A stretch of DNA of 64,000 bases from Octopus vulgaris (lineage: Eukaryota). Every line of letters starts with the position of its first letter. The first letter of the stretch is position 1. The notes under the pieces were generated by a model that saw only the letters and a list, made by a program, of their open reading frames with translations, ran no database searches and had not been told where the DNA came from. This document shows, in pieces, positions 32,334-45,058 of the stretch. The position numbers and the translations under genes were made by a program. Location of the stretch: positions 18,166,001-18,230,000 of the forward strand of contig OX597831.1 of NCBI GenBank assembly GCA_951406725.2, given 5' to 3'.

Positions 32334-33455
32334 AACATATATATATATATATATGCATACATACATACATGGATTCATGTCTCCAACAGATGCAGGACAC
32401 CTCCCAGCTGCCGTATGTCTAAGCTAAATGCGAAATGTAGCACACCCCATCAATTTTTTAAAGACAGTCCTAGTGATTCATCTCTCCTTAAAATGTATCA
32501 AAACGTGAATTAAGTGTTTCAGGTTCCTTTGAAGAAATTATTTTTGGAAATGAATAAGTTATTGTCAAATACATAAAAAAATAACTGATTTTTTTTTTTT
32601 TCCAAATTTTAGCAACAGCAGCAGCCGAACTCTCGACATGCGAAGTAAATGCAGAATTGATGTGTCCCAGGGAGTATGCGAAATATAAATCAGCAAAGGC
32701 ACCCGACTGCGAGTATGTAATAAAAATAAACTCGTATCTTCCATAATAGCAATCTTTCCGATCTAAATTCACATTCCACCAGGATCGATCATGCCTTTCA
32801 TCGTGAAATGATTGATTCCGTTGCCATAACTGTCTAGACCTGTTTTCGTATTTTGCAATATCTCTCATCCATAAGGCTTGCAGTTTTTCAGCTTTAATAA
32901 CGCACTTCTGTTTTGATATTCTATCGACAATTTACACAGCTGCAGCCATCTGAGAGTATTTAAAGGAAAAAGCCAATCATTCCACTAGAGTTGTCAACTT
33001 TCCAACACGACTGTCACGACGTCAATTTGATGATTGCGTAACGCATGAAAGATCACATGGATTTCGATATTGCAAAATTGCTCAATAATAATTATATGTC
33101 ATGAAATATGGGGGAAATTTCGAAGAAACAAGTATAAACACATGCTAAATTTCCATACTAATTTTCTTTTCCGCTAGGGGATATAATTTGTTTCTGGCAT
33201 GCTTTGAATACGTGATCCAATATACCTGTTTTGATGATTTCAAAAAACACCACCCATGTAACGTAAGTTACTTGTAATTATTCTAACTCTAGCGGCACGT
33301 GATATCATTCTTAAAACATGTTTTCAATTTTGGTGAATTAGAACTTATTTTCACCAGACAAAGCACTTATTCTGGCGAAACTGATATATGTGTCTATAAC
33401 ACCACCTTCCTCTTTTTAAATTCCTAGAAATATCGCATAGCCTTGCCTTGTTATG

Positions 33456-33522
<67 letters not shown>

Positions 33523-33774
33523 CATAACAAAGGAGATAGGAATTGAATATTAATTAATAACTTCAATTTAAAACACCAAGCGTATAAAAAAACTGGGATA
33601 CAGTAAAAATTATTAATACAAATAATAAGAGAGAGTCCACCATGTGGTCACTATAACGCTAGAAATAGATCCGCAAAGGGACTCCGCCACTAAATAATTG
33701 TTCTCAAGAATTAATTCAACACACCAAAAATGTAAGCGAGCAGGACAAATGAAAAATGACGAAAGAATAGATTA

Positions 33775-33850
33775 ACTCCATACAATTGTTTCATCGTTAA
33801 TAGATTATGTAGTTTTACTTACATCAGTATTTTCGAATCATCAGTGAAGT
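33775..33850 (-). ncRNA. Type I hammerhead ribozyme (PLE-type)
   Basis: Minus strand: acuuca CUGAUGA uucg...cgau GAAAC aauu GUA uggagu. Stem I is acuuca/uggagu (one G.U); stem III is the palindrome ACAAUUGU. Confidence 0.7.
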
Positions 33851-33911
33851 ATATCTTTGTTGGACTTCGTTAGATTTTGGAGTTCGGTTCAACAAATTAT
33901 ATTTTCGATAT

Positions 33912-33987
33912 ACTTCACTGATGATTCGAAAATACTTATGTAAGTAAAACTACATAATCTATTAACGATGAAACAATTGTATAGAGT
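33912..33987 (+). ncRNA. Type I hammerhead ribozyme, mirror copy with one stem I mismatch
   Basis: CTGATGA at 33918-33924 and GAAAC AATT GTA at 33970-33981, followed by tagagt. Confidence 0.6.
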
Positions 33988-34141
33988 TAATCTGTTCTTT
34001 CGTCATTTTTCCTTTGTCCTGCTCGCTTACATTTTTGGCGTGTTGAATTAATTCTTGAGAACAATCTTTCAGTGGCAGATTCCCTTTGCGGATCTATTTC
34101 TAGCGTTAGAGTGACCACATGGTGGACTCTCTCTTATTATT

Positions 34142-34187
<46 letters not shown>

Positions 34188-34409
34188 AGATAACAAGGCG
34201 AAGGTAATGCGATATTTCTAGGAATTTAGAAAGCGGAAGGTAGTATTACTGCTGTTTTCATCTTTCTACGCATTCATATTTATTCAACAGCAAACATGTA
34301 TGCAGCGCATACAATTGCTGCGCCGACAGGGTACAGTACAGATGCATACTGCCTTTAACTAATTATTGCGCATACTAATGCACAGGGAAGGCATAATCCT
34401 TAGCTTTCC

Positions 34410-34580
34410 TACCAAAATGCTTAGCGTCGTTTCGTCCGTATTTATGCTCTGAGAGTTCAAATTCTTCCCAGGTCGATTTTGCCTTTTATCCTTTCGGGTT
34501 CGGTAAAATAACTAGCAATAATATACTGATGTCGATTTATCCCTTCCCAAACTGCCGACCCAGTTCCAAAAATTTAAACT
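34410..34580 (+). mobile_element. SINE family 1, partial
   Basis: aaatgcttagcg...gagttcaaatt (B box)...ggtcgattttgccttttatcctttcggg. Confidence 0.7.
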
Positions 34581-34738
34581 AGCAATTAACGTACATACTC
34601 CCAACGTTAATTATAATTGTATGACGCGCCATGTGTGATGGACTTTATATTGACTTTATTTCGATATAGTTTTGATCATACATTCAGCCATATTTATTGC
34701 ACTCTCTAACTTTGAAGATATGTCCTATTTCTTTTCAG

Positions 34739-34765
34739 ACCGGAATGAAGTCTTCCATACATGAG
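34739..34765 (+). other. Candidate 27-nt exon whose flanks are paralogous to exon 19160-19198
   Basis: tttcttttcAG acceptor and AG|GTACGTGA donor. Both flanking intron sequences align by eye with those around 19100-19235. Confidence 0.35.
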
Positions 34766-35516
34766 GTACGTGATTTCATTGTAATGACCGATTGAATAAT
34801 ATATATTCACTCTTGTGTTTTACACTTCCATTTTGCTACAGTCTTTTAATTGTATAAATGATTGTAAACATGTGTACGACGCTATTTTGCATTATAGAAC
34901 GACTATCATCGCAACAAGATTGAATTGATAATTTTAAATAAGTATTGAGTTGATAACGTTGACTAATTTTAGCCTACATGGATATTTATAATCCTATATG
35001 TTCCGTAGATATGGAAGAATATTATGACGCTATCATGATACTACAGCAAAAATATCTAAGAGTTTCGATATGACGATATTGCAAACGCGTTGAATTTGAA
35101 AGACATACATCAACATAATATTGAGAATAATTAAATATCAGAGGATATTTCCCTCGCACCGAGACTTACTAAAGGATTGTGTCTGTTTTATCTCTTGAAG
35201 GTTAAGAAAGACTATCAGAATTTTTGCTACACACCTCTCAGCTTGACAGGCTTGTCGCAAAATGGGCTATATTCTTCACAGAAACAAGATTTAAGAGTGT
35301 TACTAATAAACCATGCCATATTCAACAGGTGTGATATGTTGTGGGTCCTCTCTGGTTGCTTTCCTCAAACTTCATCACCAACTGTACAACTGATCCTTCT
35401 TGTATTCCTCGATTGTCGCTGAAGGGGCAAAGGTATAAATAGCAAAATCGTTGCGTAATTCATATCGGACTACTTTCAATATTTAAATACACACGCACGC
35501 ACACACACACACACAC

Positions 35517-35558
<42 letters not shown>

Positions 35559-37009
35559 AGACAGAGAGAGAGAGAGAGAGAGAGAGGTGGAGTATGAAAG
35601 GTTTTGGTGTCAGGAAGGCCCAAAAGTGTCAGGTAGTGCTGAGTAAGTGCTATGGACAGAGTATAGTTAAGCTCCAGGTTCTATAATCATAAGAATGAGG
35701 CCCCCAATGTAAGTCGTTTATTAGCATACATCTATATAGAGAGAGAAATTAACAGAAAGAAATTTAAAAAGTCCAAGTCTGTGAATAGTTTTCAGAACAT
35801 TTATAAAGAGGTCTACACATTCTCTTTATATATATTATGAAAGCTAAAACCGTGCGATGAAGCAGATATCGTTGTATTTTAGGATGTTCATTATTTTTTT
35901 GCGTTTTGTTATTTCGTTAAATATACGCATGCATTACTTTTCTTATTCTAACTCGTGTCTATTGTCCCGAAATTTTTCGTCGTACATCTCTGTTCATTTC
36001 AGTAAAATTTTCCGTCTGCGTATTTGATCTTGTTCTGCCTTGTCCATTTTCTCATATGATGTGTATCCTTATTTCTGCAAACATTTGCGTATGTATTAGT
36101 CTGCATGTGTACATGGGTGTGTGTTTGTGTGTGTGTGTGTCACCGTTCTTAGTATCAGATTGAAACTCCTCTCAGCGCCGTCCCTTCCACCGTTGCTCCT
36201 ACTCCTGCTCTTGACTCCGACGTTTTGTACCGTTCCTGTATCCCTCTGTGTTTGTCTGTTCGCGAACGCTTGTTCAGCGTCTTAGTTTTTGTTGTTTTTG
36301 TTCTTGTTGCCGCTATTGCTGTTGTCGTTGTTGGTCGAGTTGTTGATATTGTTACGGCCGTTTTGTGAAGCTATTATAGACGTGTATGCGTGTGTATGTG
36401 CGTTCGCTTCCTATGTTGGTTGCAAGTGTGCCTTTTATACTCTATTGTGTGTGTATTACACTGTATCTGATTTTTCTCTCTTTTTTCTTTAGTCATCATT
36501 TTGTGTGGTGTGACTGTGGACGCTATTGTTTCATTCATGTTCTCTGTCGAGGTCAGGTCTGCCTATCGCAATGTGTGTAGCCTATGAGATCTAAGTTTCA
36601 TGTCGCTTTCATACGTTGATAACAACTTCACCTCTCTGCTGTTAACCAAGGCTGTATGTTCTGCTTGAGCATATTGATAGAGCATGAAACGAGATTTTCT
36701 CTTCAACGAATTTCCGCCAGAGATACCCATACGCTCCCCTATGCTGCGTGCTGTTTCCTCAAGAGCGCGTGTTTATTTGGCAAAAAGCGGAGAAAAAATG
36801 ATTATCATTATACATATACATATATATATGTATACGTATATAAACATATGTACGTATATACATACACACACACAAACGTACACACACACACATACACGTA
36901 TATATATATGGAGAGACAGAAAGGGGTTTTGGTGGAAGGAAACTACAAGAATCCCGCCGTATATATATGTGTGTGAGTGCGTGTCCGTGTATGAGTGTGT
37001 GGGTCTGTC

Positions 37010-37232
37010 TGCCTGTGTGTCTATTTTTGTCTCCACCGTGGTTTGAGAACTGTTGCTGATGTGTTTATGTCACGGCAACCTAGCGGTTCCGCAAAAGAAT
37101 ACCCTAGAATATGTGCTAGGCTTACAAATAATGGCTCCTGGATGGGATCGTTTTCTTTGACTAAAGTCCCTTAAGGCAGTGCTCCAGCATGACCGCAGTA
37201 CAATAACTAAAACATGTAAATGGATAAAAGTA
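37010..37232 (+). mobile_element. SINE family 2, 3' half
   Basis: aacctagcggttccgcaaaaga...tagaata...ggcagtgctccagcatgaccgcag...aactaaaac. Confidence 0.7.
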
Positions 37233-37556
37233 TATTTACTTCTTTATGAAGTATGATGTTCCAATTCTCTTTTCAGATAACGCTTAATTCAATGTTCCTT
37301 ATTACATTTTTGGTTACTTTGTAAATGTAATACTAAACTTAGGCGACGTCATTATAACGATGAACATTCGGCGTTCTGCAATATGTTTATCTCACGTCTC
37401 CTGTATCTGAAATCTGTCCCCATACAAGGACGAATAAAACATCTGCTTATTTTTGAAATTTATTTGACGTTGTTATTTTTTGTTATTGTTATTTCTCTAA
37501 AAATGTATCTTTTACAGATGATACTTTTTAAACATAATGGTTACATTTCATTCTAA

Positions 37557-38030
37557 TCCAGGCACAATGCTCGACATTTTTAGGGAAGAGGGGCAGCGGA
37601 TTAGATCGACCTCTGTACGCAACAGGTACTTACTTAATCGACCTCAGTACGCAACAGGTATTTAATTAAACGACCTCGAAGGAATGAAAGGCAAAGTCGA
37701 CCTCGGCGGAATTTGGACTCAGAACATAAAGACAGATAAACTACCGCTAGGCATTTCGCCAGGCATGCTAAAGTTTCTGCTAGCTCGCCGCCTTATAACT
37801 ATTGAAATATTCTTTGCTACTCTAGGCACAAGGCACTACATTTTGGGAGAGGGAGTCAGTCAATTAAATTGACCCCCAATACAAAACCTTTACTTAATTT
37901 ATCAATCCCGAAAAGATGAAAGGCAAAATTAACCTTGGGGAATTCGTACTCAGAACATGAAGGCAGACGAAATATCGCTATGCATTTCGCCCGGCCTGCA
38001 AACGTTTCTGCCAGATTGCCGCATTACGGC
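37557..38030 (-). mobile_element. Two tandem SINE family 1 copies (~37557-37797 and ~37820-38030)
   Basis: Each has the reverse complement of ggcggcgagctagcaga...ttctgagt..aaattccgccgaggtcgactttgcctttca. The first has a ~30-bp internal duplication (tcgacctc..tacgcaacaggta). Confidence 0.85.
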
Positions 38031-38494
38031 TATAGAAATATGATTTATGTATTGTCTTGTAAGCACACGGTATTTTGTTATGCAAACACAATACACTACA
38101 AAATATATTAAAAAGTCGGGTTCCCTTATGTGTATACCTCATCCTACTGTGGTAGGAGTCTTCTTAAATCATGGCTTAAGGTCAGCTCTACAGAATCTGT
38201 ATTGCCAGTAAAGATCGTTTTGCAACATTTCGTATCCCAGACGTGAGATGTAAACAATGAGACGGAAGATGAAAAGATTGGTAATGGACGTTCCTTCATC
38301 AGTTATCGTCTTACCCGTTAGCGAAAACATTTCTTACATAACCACTTAATATAGCGGTGTAACGTTATTGGATATAGCAATCTACATATTAAACACATTC
38401 CTGAAAGCTGTGACGTAAACATTTATGACTTGTGGGCATAGCGTCTTTCCTTTAAGCAACAATATTATACTATGATATATATATATATATATAT

Positions 38495-38694
38495 CGCCAT
38501 GTTGATTCGCTAGCTCCTGCACGCATTTTTTTTCTCTCCTTGTTTCTTTCTGAGTTTCTATTCTGTGTATCTTTCTGATAGGCTCGAAACGTAAGTGACT
38601 TGTTTTATTTATATTCTTGAGCGCCATACTAACACAATTGTTTGTTTATATTCCACCTGCTTTCGTCTTTTGTTTATTTTCATAAAGCTTCCCG

Positions 38695-38697
<3 letters not shown>
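38495..38697 (+). mobile_element. Short pLTR-like repeat (family of 39257-39461 and 40913-41106)
   Basis: ctttCTGATaggctcGAAACGTAag...tgagcg..atactaa.aca..tgtttgttt...cacctg..ttcgtcttttg; a hammerhead-like core with an internal deletion, ending in (TA)n. Confidence 0.6.
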
Positions 38698-38770
<73 letters not shown>

Positions 38771-38787
38771 ATATGTATATGTATATA

Positions 38788-39169
38788 TACTCTTTTACTT
38801 GTTTCAGCTATTTGAATGCGGCGATGCTGGAGCACCGCTTTTAGTCGAGCAAATCGACCCCGGGACTTATTCTTTGTAAGCCCAGTACTTATTCTATCGC
38901 CGCTAAGTGACGGCGACGTAAACACACTAGCATCGGTTGTCAAGCAATACTAGGGGGGCAAACACAGACACACAAACATACACGCACATACATATATATA
39001 CATATATACGACGGGCTTCTTTCAGTTTCCGTCTACCAAATCCACTCACAAGGCCATGGTCGGCCGGAGGCTATAGTAGAAGACACTCGCCCAAGGTACC
39101 ACGCAGTGGGACTGAACCCGGAACCATGTGGTTGGTAAACAAGCAACTTACTACACAGCCACTCCTGCG

Positions 39170-39172
<3 letters not shown>
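38788..39172 (-). mobile_element. Full-length tRNA-derived SINE, family 2 (CORE-like)
   Basis: Minus strand: ggcgcaggagtggctgtgtagtaag (A box), gggttcagtccc (B box), ggtaccttgggcgagtgtctt (CORE-like), an internal (TG/TA) tract, and the 3' end gcggtgctccagcatcgccgc...gctgaaacaagtaaaagag. Confidence 0.9.
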
Positions 39173-39256
<84 letters not shown>

Positions 39257-39260
<4 letters not shown>

Positions 39261-39461
39261 AGAGCTTACGAAAAAACAAAAAAGACTAAGACAGGTGCTG
39301 TACAAACCAAAAAGATGTATTAGTATAACGCTCAGGAATAGAAAAAGTATTTTACGTTTCGAAACGTAAAATACTTTTTCTGTTCCTGAGCGTTATACTA
39401 ATACATCTGTTTGTGTTGTAAACTACCTGTCTTTGTCTTTTTTTTTTCGTACACGCTCCCT
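39257..39461. mobile_element. Spacer-less ~205-bp palindrome of two head-to-head pLTR-like arms
   Basis: Symmetry axis between 39360 and 39361 (ttttacgtttc|gaaacgtaaaa). The arms match 40913-41020. Long (TA)n on the left, short TA on the right. Confidence 0.85.
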
Positions 39462-40414
39462 ATATATCTAACACGCTCACGTGGTCGTACATGTTGATCC
39501 TGTCATTCCTTACCACTACGAGCTTCTCCACTGGTCTCTTTACCTACTTTTTATCTACATTTTATCTACCATTTACGGATTCGTTTCAATATTTACTCGC
39601 CGGCTGCACCTCTCCTACATACGGATCACAGTGGACTCTACTATATATATATATTCAGTAAAGCGCATGGCTATATTAGAAGGCTCTGCTAATGGACTCG
39701 ACTATCACTTCACATATTAATGCAGCACCTAAAAGTGTAATGTAGACTGTCTGTACAGCTGGAATCGTGATGTAACGGACGAGAAATATTTATACCACAA
39801 AATTCAGGTTGTATTAGAGGGGACTATGTTAGTATTGAACCACGCGGCGTTTGCCGCAGGCTACTCTTAAGCCAAGGGTATGTTGTCGAATTAAATTTTA
39901 CATTGTCGTAAGGAGGTACTTATCAGCACACGGACGATCCGATCAGGTTGTGTAGGGAGCATATATTGTGAACAGAAATTTAGGAGTGTACGAAACGATG
40001 GAATATAGAAAAGATAAAATGAATTTTAAAAGAATCATAAAGGAATGGGGCAGGTGGGTTTCAATAGCGCTATGCTGGCAGAGGTATGCAGATATGCAAG
40101 GAAAGTGGTATTTGAAAAGATAATGTGAGGGAGAGAGTGGGGGGCAACTATTGGTAGTGAAGAGGGGAAAATATATGTCTCAAGTGATGATGTGCTACTA
40201 AAATTGAAACTCGAGAGGAAATGAAGAAAAATACTAGATTCTAAGTATTAAAGGTTATACTGTTTTCCTTCCACAATGATCTCCGTGAATTTCGCATTGG
40301 TTAATCTGGTAAAACGTCAGGCTTCTTGATTTCAGGTGATTTTCTTGTTTTTGTTATAAGATACACACACAAAAAAACACAAATACACACACATATATGT
40401 AAATGGCAATGTTT

Positions 40415-40670
40415 TCCTGTCTGTCAGTCCGCCTTTCTGTTACCAACTTAGTGCCTAAAGCACCGGATCAATATTCATGAAACATTGCATACATGTTACA
40501 CGAACATGTGCCCTCCAGGGGCATTGGGAGAATTTATACGATAAAATTAATAAGGTTACAAAACGAATAAATCTGAAGTAATATCAGAGAGAAAGGTAGT
40601 AAGAGAGAGCGGGTGACGAATATCAGCAAAGACGAGAACAGCGGTGGGAATGGGCGATAGCATTAATAAA
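40415..40670 (+). mobile_element. Possible Helentron/DINE-like MITE relic
   Basis: tgtctgtcagtccgcc followed by ccggatcaatattcatgaaa..ttgcatacatgtt, similar in style to 16514-16810. Confidence 0.3.
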
Positions 40671-40723
40671 GCTTTCATGTACACTCAACGCTGCGTACAT
40701 ACTTGCGTAAACTCATAGATGCA

Positions 40724-40754
<31 letters not shown>

Positions 40755-40843
40755 TGCGTGAGTAGAATACGTAGCTTTAAGGAGTGAAGGGTAGGTGACT
40801 TTTCTGCCGTCCATCGCAAAGGAATACTCTTACACACACATAC

Positions 40844-40894
<51 letters not shown>

Positions 40895-40912
40895 TGCATG
40901 TCAGTCATATAT

Positions 40913-41334
<422 letters not shown>

Positions 41335-41345
41335 AATATATATAA

Positions 41346-43108
41346 ACACCATACTACAAAGCACAGCCCTACTAAAGGGAGACCCAAAGATGAACCGGAT
41401 CCTCGAAATACACACCATCATTAAAAGTAAACGGTAACCAAAATCCTTGAAAAGGATTTTAACCCAAGCTACACTGCACTCAACATCAACCACAAAACCA
41501 GCAGTTAGAAAATGTGGATGGCCCAACTGCGGAATCTGTGTCATCTTGAAAGAAGGATCAGAATTTATACTGGAACAAGGCCACCAGTTCACCATTAGAA
41601 CAAACTTCACATGCGCATCAGAAAACTTAATTTACGTCATAACATGCGCAGGCTGCAATAGGCAGTATATAGGCCATACAAAAAATAGCTTACGTAACAG
41701 GATGGCGGTGCATAAATCACAAATTAGAAACCCTGATTACCGCAAAATACCGGTCAGCAGACACATAGATAGATGTGCTAGACATGTAAATCCGAAATTT
41801 ACAACTAACCCGCTCTATAAATTCAGTGACAACGCAACCTTCACACAACGCTAAAATAAAGAACTGTATTTCATAAAAAAATTTAGACCAAGTTTAAACA
41901 CCCTGGGCCAGGAATATTAAAACAAAAGATAAGTCCTCCGAAAAGGAGAAGCAAAATTCCACCACGGCCGCCACCTTAAACAGTCACTCGCACTGACGGA
42001 AATATGCCTTAGTAAAAAAGGAAAAAAATTATTTCGTGCAAATCTGACCCTGATGGACTGACCACATACGATACAGCTAAGGGTCAGACCCGATTCTGAT
42101 TGGTCAACACACTAATGACGTCTAGTCCTGCTAGAATGGACAGGATACAAACAGGGGGCAGAGATTAGTCAGAATATTGATGACGTACCTTTCTGATTGA
42201 CTAGTCACCTAACAAAATACAGACAGGAGGCAGATCTAATGCAGCTATAAGTCGTGATTGGGCAGAATCTTGATGACGTCCCGTTCTGCTTGACTAAGCC
42301 ACCTGACGAAACGACTGGTCAAAACAGGATACAGACAAGAGGCAGTTATAATACAACGATAGGTCACGATTGGTCAGAATGCTGATGCGTCCAGTTCTGC
42401 TTGACTAAGCCACCTAACGAAAAGGGGCAGACCTAATACAGCTATAAGTCGTGATTGGTCAGAATCATGATGACGTACGGTCCTGCTTGACTAAGCCACC
42501 TAACGAAACGACTGGTCAAAACAGGATACAGACAACAGGCAGTTATAATACAGCGATAGGTCACGATTGGTCAGAATGTTTATGACGTACCGTTCTGCTT
42601 GACTAAAACCACCTAACGAAACGATTGGTCAAAACGTTGATGACGTCACGCTACACTGGACTGACCACCTAACAAGCATTATAAAACCCCAACAATTCAC
42701 AAGAGTCACTAGAATCACCCAGCGAACATCCACAAGGGGTCATCACAATTGCTCAAGGTAAAAATGAATTCCTCGCTCTTTCGGGAACATCAGTCTCCTG
42801 TATTGACTGCTTTCCACCACTTTGATCTGTTTTTTGTATTGAATACGTATCGCCACCGTGGGCCACTGCATCGAACACTTTGAACATATAGCATGAAGGA
42901 ACTTACTTCAAACTATATTTGAACTTTAAGATGTCTGACTCCGTTGTGTATTGTAAATGAATTTCTTGTGTTTGACGGCATGAGCTGTCTTTTTTTATAT
43001 GTAACTTTTTTTGATAAGGTTCATTTCAGGAACTGAAACATATTATAATGTATATATAAAAAATAAAAATTGTATAATATAGCATCATTTTCGAACTTCA
43101 TTTTTTAC
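41346..43108 (+). mobile_element. Penelope-like element, 5'-truncated: GIY-YIG endonuclease plus long pLTR
   Basis: ORF 41447..41854 has [10 protein letters not shown] and [34 protein letters not shown], continuing past a stop to KELYFIKKFRPSLN. A degenerate hammerhead lies near 43011-43050 (TTGATAA ggttc atttcag gaact GAAAC atat TA). (TA)n on both sides. Confidence 0.9.
42090..42690 (+). promoter_or_regulatory. Tandem CCAAT-box/CRE repeat array with downstream TATA (putative pLTR promoter)
   Basis: About seven repeats of gATTGGtcagaat..tgaTGACGT, partly in a ~197-bp higher-order unit (42229 and 42426), then TATAAAA near 42680. Confidence 0.5.
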
Positions 43109-43114
43109 AAATAT

Positions 43115-43336
<222 letters not shown>

Positions 43337-43427
43337 TATATGTAGGTCCCGGGTTGATTCGGGGTTAACCACAGTAAGTAAGGTACTCAATACATAGCAG
43401 AGTAAAATTAATTTATTATATAGAAGG

Positions 43428-43478
43428 AGCTTCTACAGGACTAGTACTGTTTCATTCAAGAGAAATCTTCAGGAAGCT
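43428..43478 (-). ncRNA. Type I hammerhead ribozyme
   Basis: Reverse complement of the 46313-46363 motif. Confidence 0.8.
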
Positions 43479-44103
43479 ATTTAACAAGAATTGTATTAGC
43501 ATTTATACATTTAGGCAGGTTTAAAGGAGTGGTGGTGGGGGACTTTTTGGGGTAGGCATAGCGCAAAATATCATACTTGGGGGAGTGGTCAAGGAGTCAG
43601 TGGTAAGTTAGATGAAAGAATAGATAAATAAAAAAATAAAAAAATAAAAAATATATATAAAAAAAATATATATATAAAAATATATATATAAAAAAAGGGG
43701 GGATAGAGTTATAGGTAAATAAGGAGATTCTCACTTATACCTATACACACATGTATACGTATCTACACACACACACATATATATACACACACACATATAC
43801 ATACACATATACATATATATATATATACATATATACATACATACATATACATATATACACACATACATACATATCTACATACACACATACATACACCCGC
43901 CCACATTTATACACATGCACATGCCTATACCTGTCTACACATACACTCACGTATATATGCATACACTCACTCCCATGCATGCACGCATACACACATGTAT
44001 ATATATATATATATATATATATACCCACGACCACACATACATATATACACATAAAAATATATCTTCATACGCACATACACTCATGCACACACATGTATGT
44101 ATG

Positions 44104-44146
<43 letters not shown>

Positions 44147-44261
44147 GTATATATATATATATGCATACGTATGTGTATGTACATGTATATATGTATGTGT
44201 GTATATGTATATATGTTTATATATGTGAGTATGTAGTGATATAAGTATATGCATGTGTATA

Positions 44262-44292
<31 letters not shown>

Positions 44293-44431
44293 GTATGGGT
44301 ATGTGTATCAGTGTATATGTATATATGTATGTGTGTGTGTATGTATATGTATGTATATGTGTATATATGTATGTGTATATGTGTATATATATATATATAT
44401 GTGTGTATATGTGTGTATGTATGTGTATGTA

Positions 44432-44505
<74 letters not shown>

Positions 44506-44791
44506 GTATATGAGTGCGTGTGTGTATGTATGCATATATGTATGTATGCATGTATATGTGTATGTATATATATGTGTGTAAGTGTGTGCATATATGTATA
44601 TGTAAGTATGTGTGCGCGTATGAGTATGTATGTATGCTTGCACACGTGTATATATATGTGTGTGTGTGTATATATATGGATGCGCGTGCGTGTGTGCCCG
44701 TGTATGGGTACGCATGTATATGTGTATGTGCGTGTATGTGTATACGTGTATGTATGTATGTGTGTGCGTAGATTTGTATATGTATGTGTGA

Positions 44792-44830
<39 letters not shown>

Positions 44831-45004
44831 TGGGTGTGTGTATGCGTATAAATGCATGTAAGTATGGATGTATGGATGTATGTATGTATGTATACGTATG
44901 TATGTGTGTATGTGTGTATGTATATATATATGTGTGTATATATGTTTGTGTATGTATATATATGTGTATGTATGTGTGTGTATATGTATGTGTGTATGTG
45001 TATG

Positions 45005-45058
<54 letters not shown>

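Larger units (their letters stand above)
33519..34146. mobile_element. Fold-back (head-to-head) Penelope pLTR-like element
   Basis: Inverted arms 33616-33855 and 33907-34146 with few mismatches and a ~50-bp spacer. (TA)n on both sides and a hammerhead core in each arm. Confidence 0.8.

Noticed and set aside
42265-42330. Hammerhead-like string (t)TGATGA cgtc...gac GAAAC gactg GTC within the pLTR repeats
   Set aside because: C3 is missing, there is an extra base before stem II, and no stem I complementarity exists. It is better explained by the CRE/CCAAT motifs.
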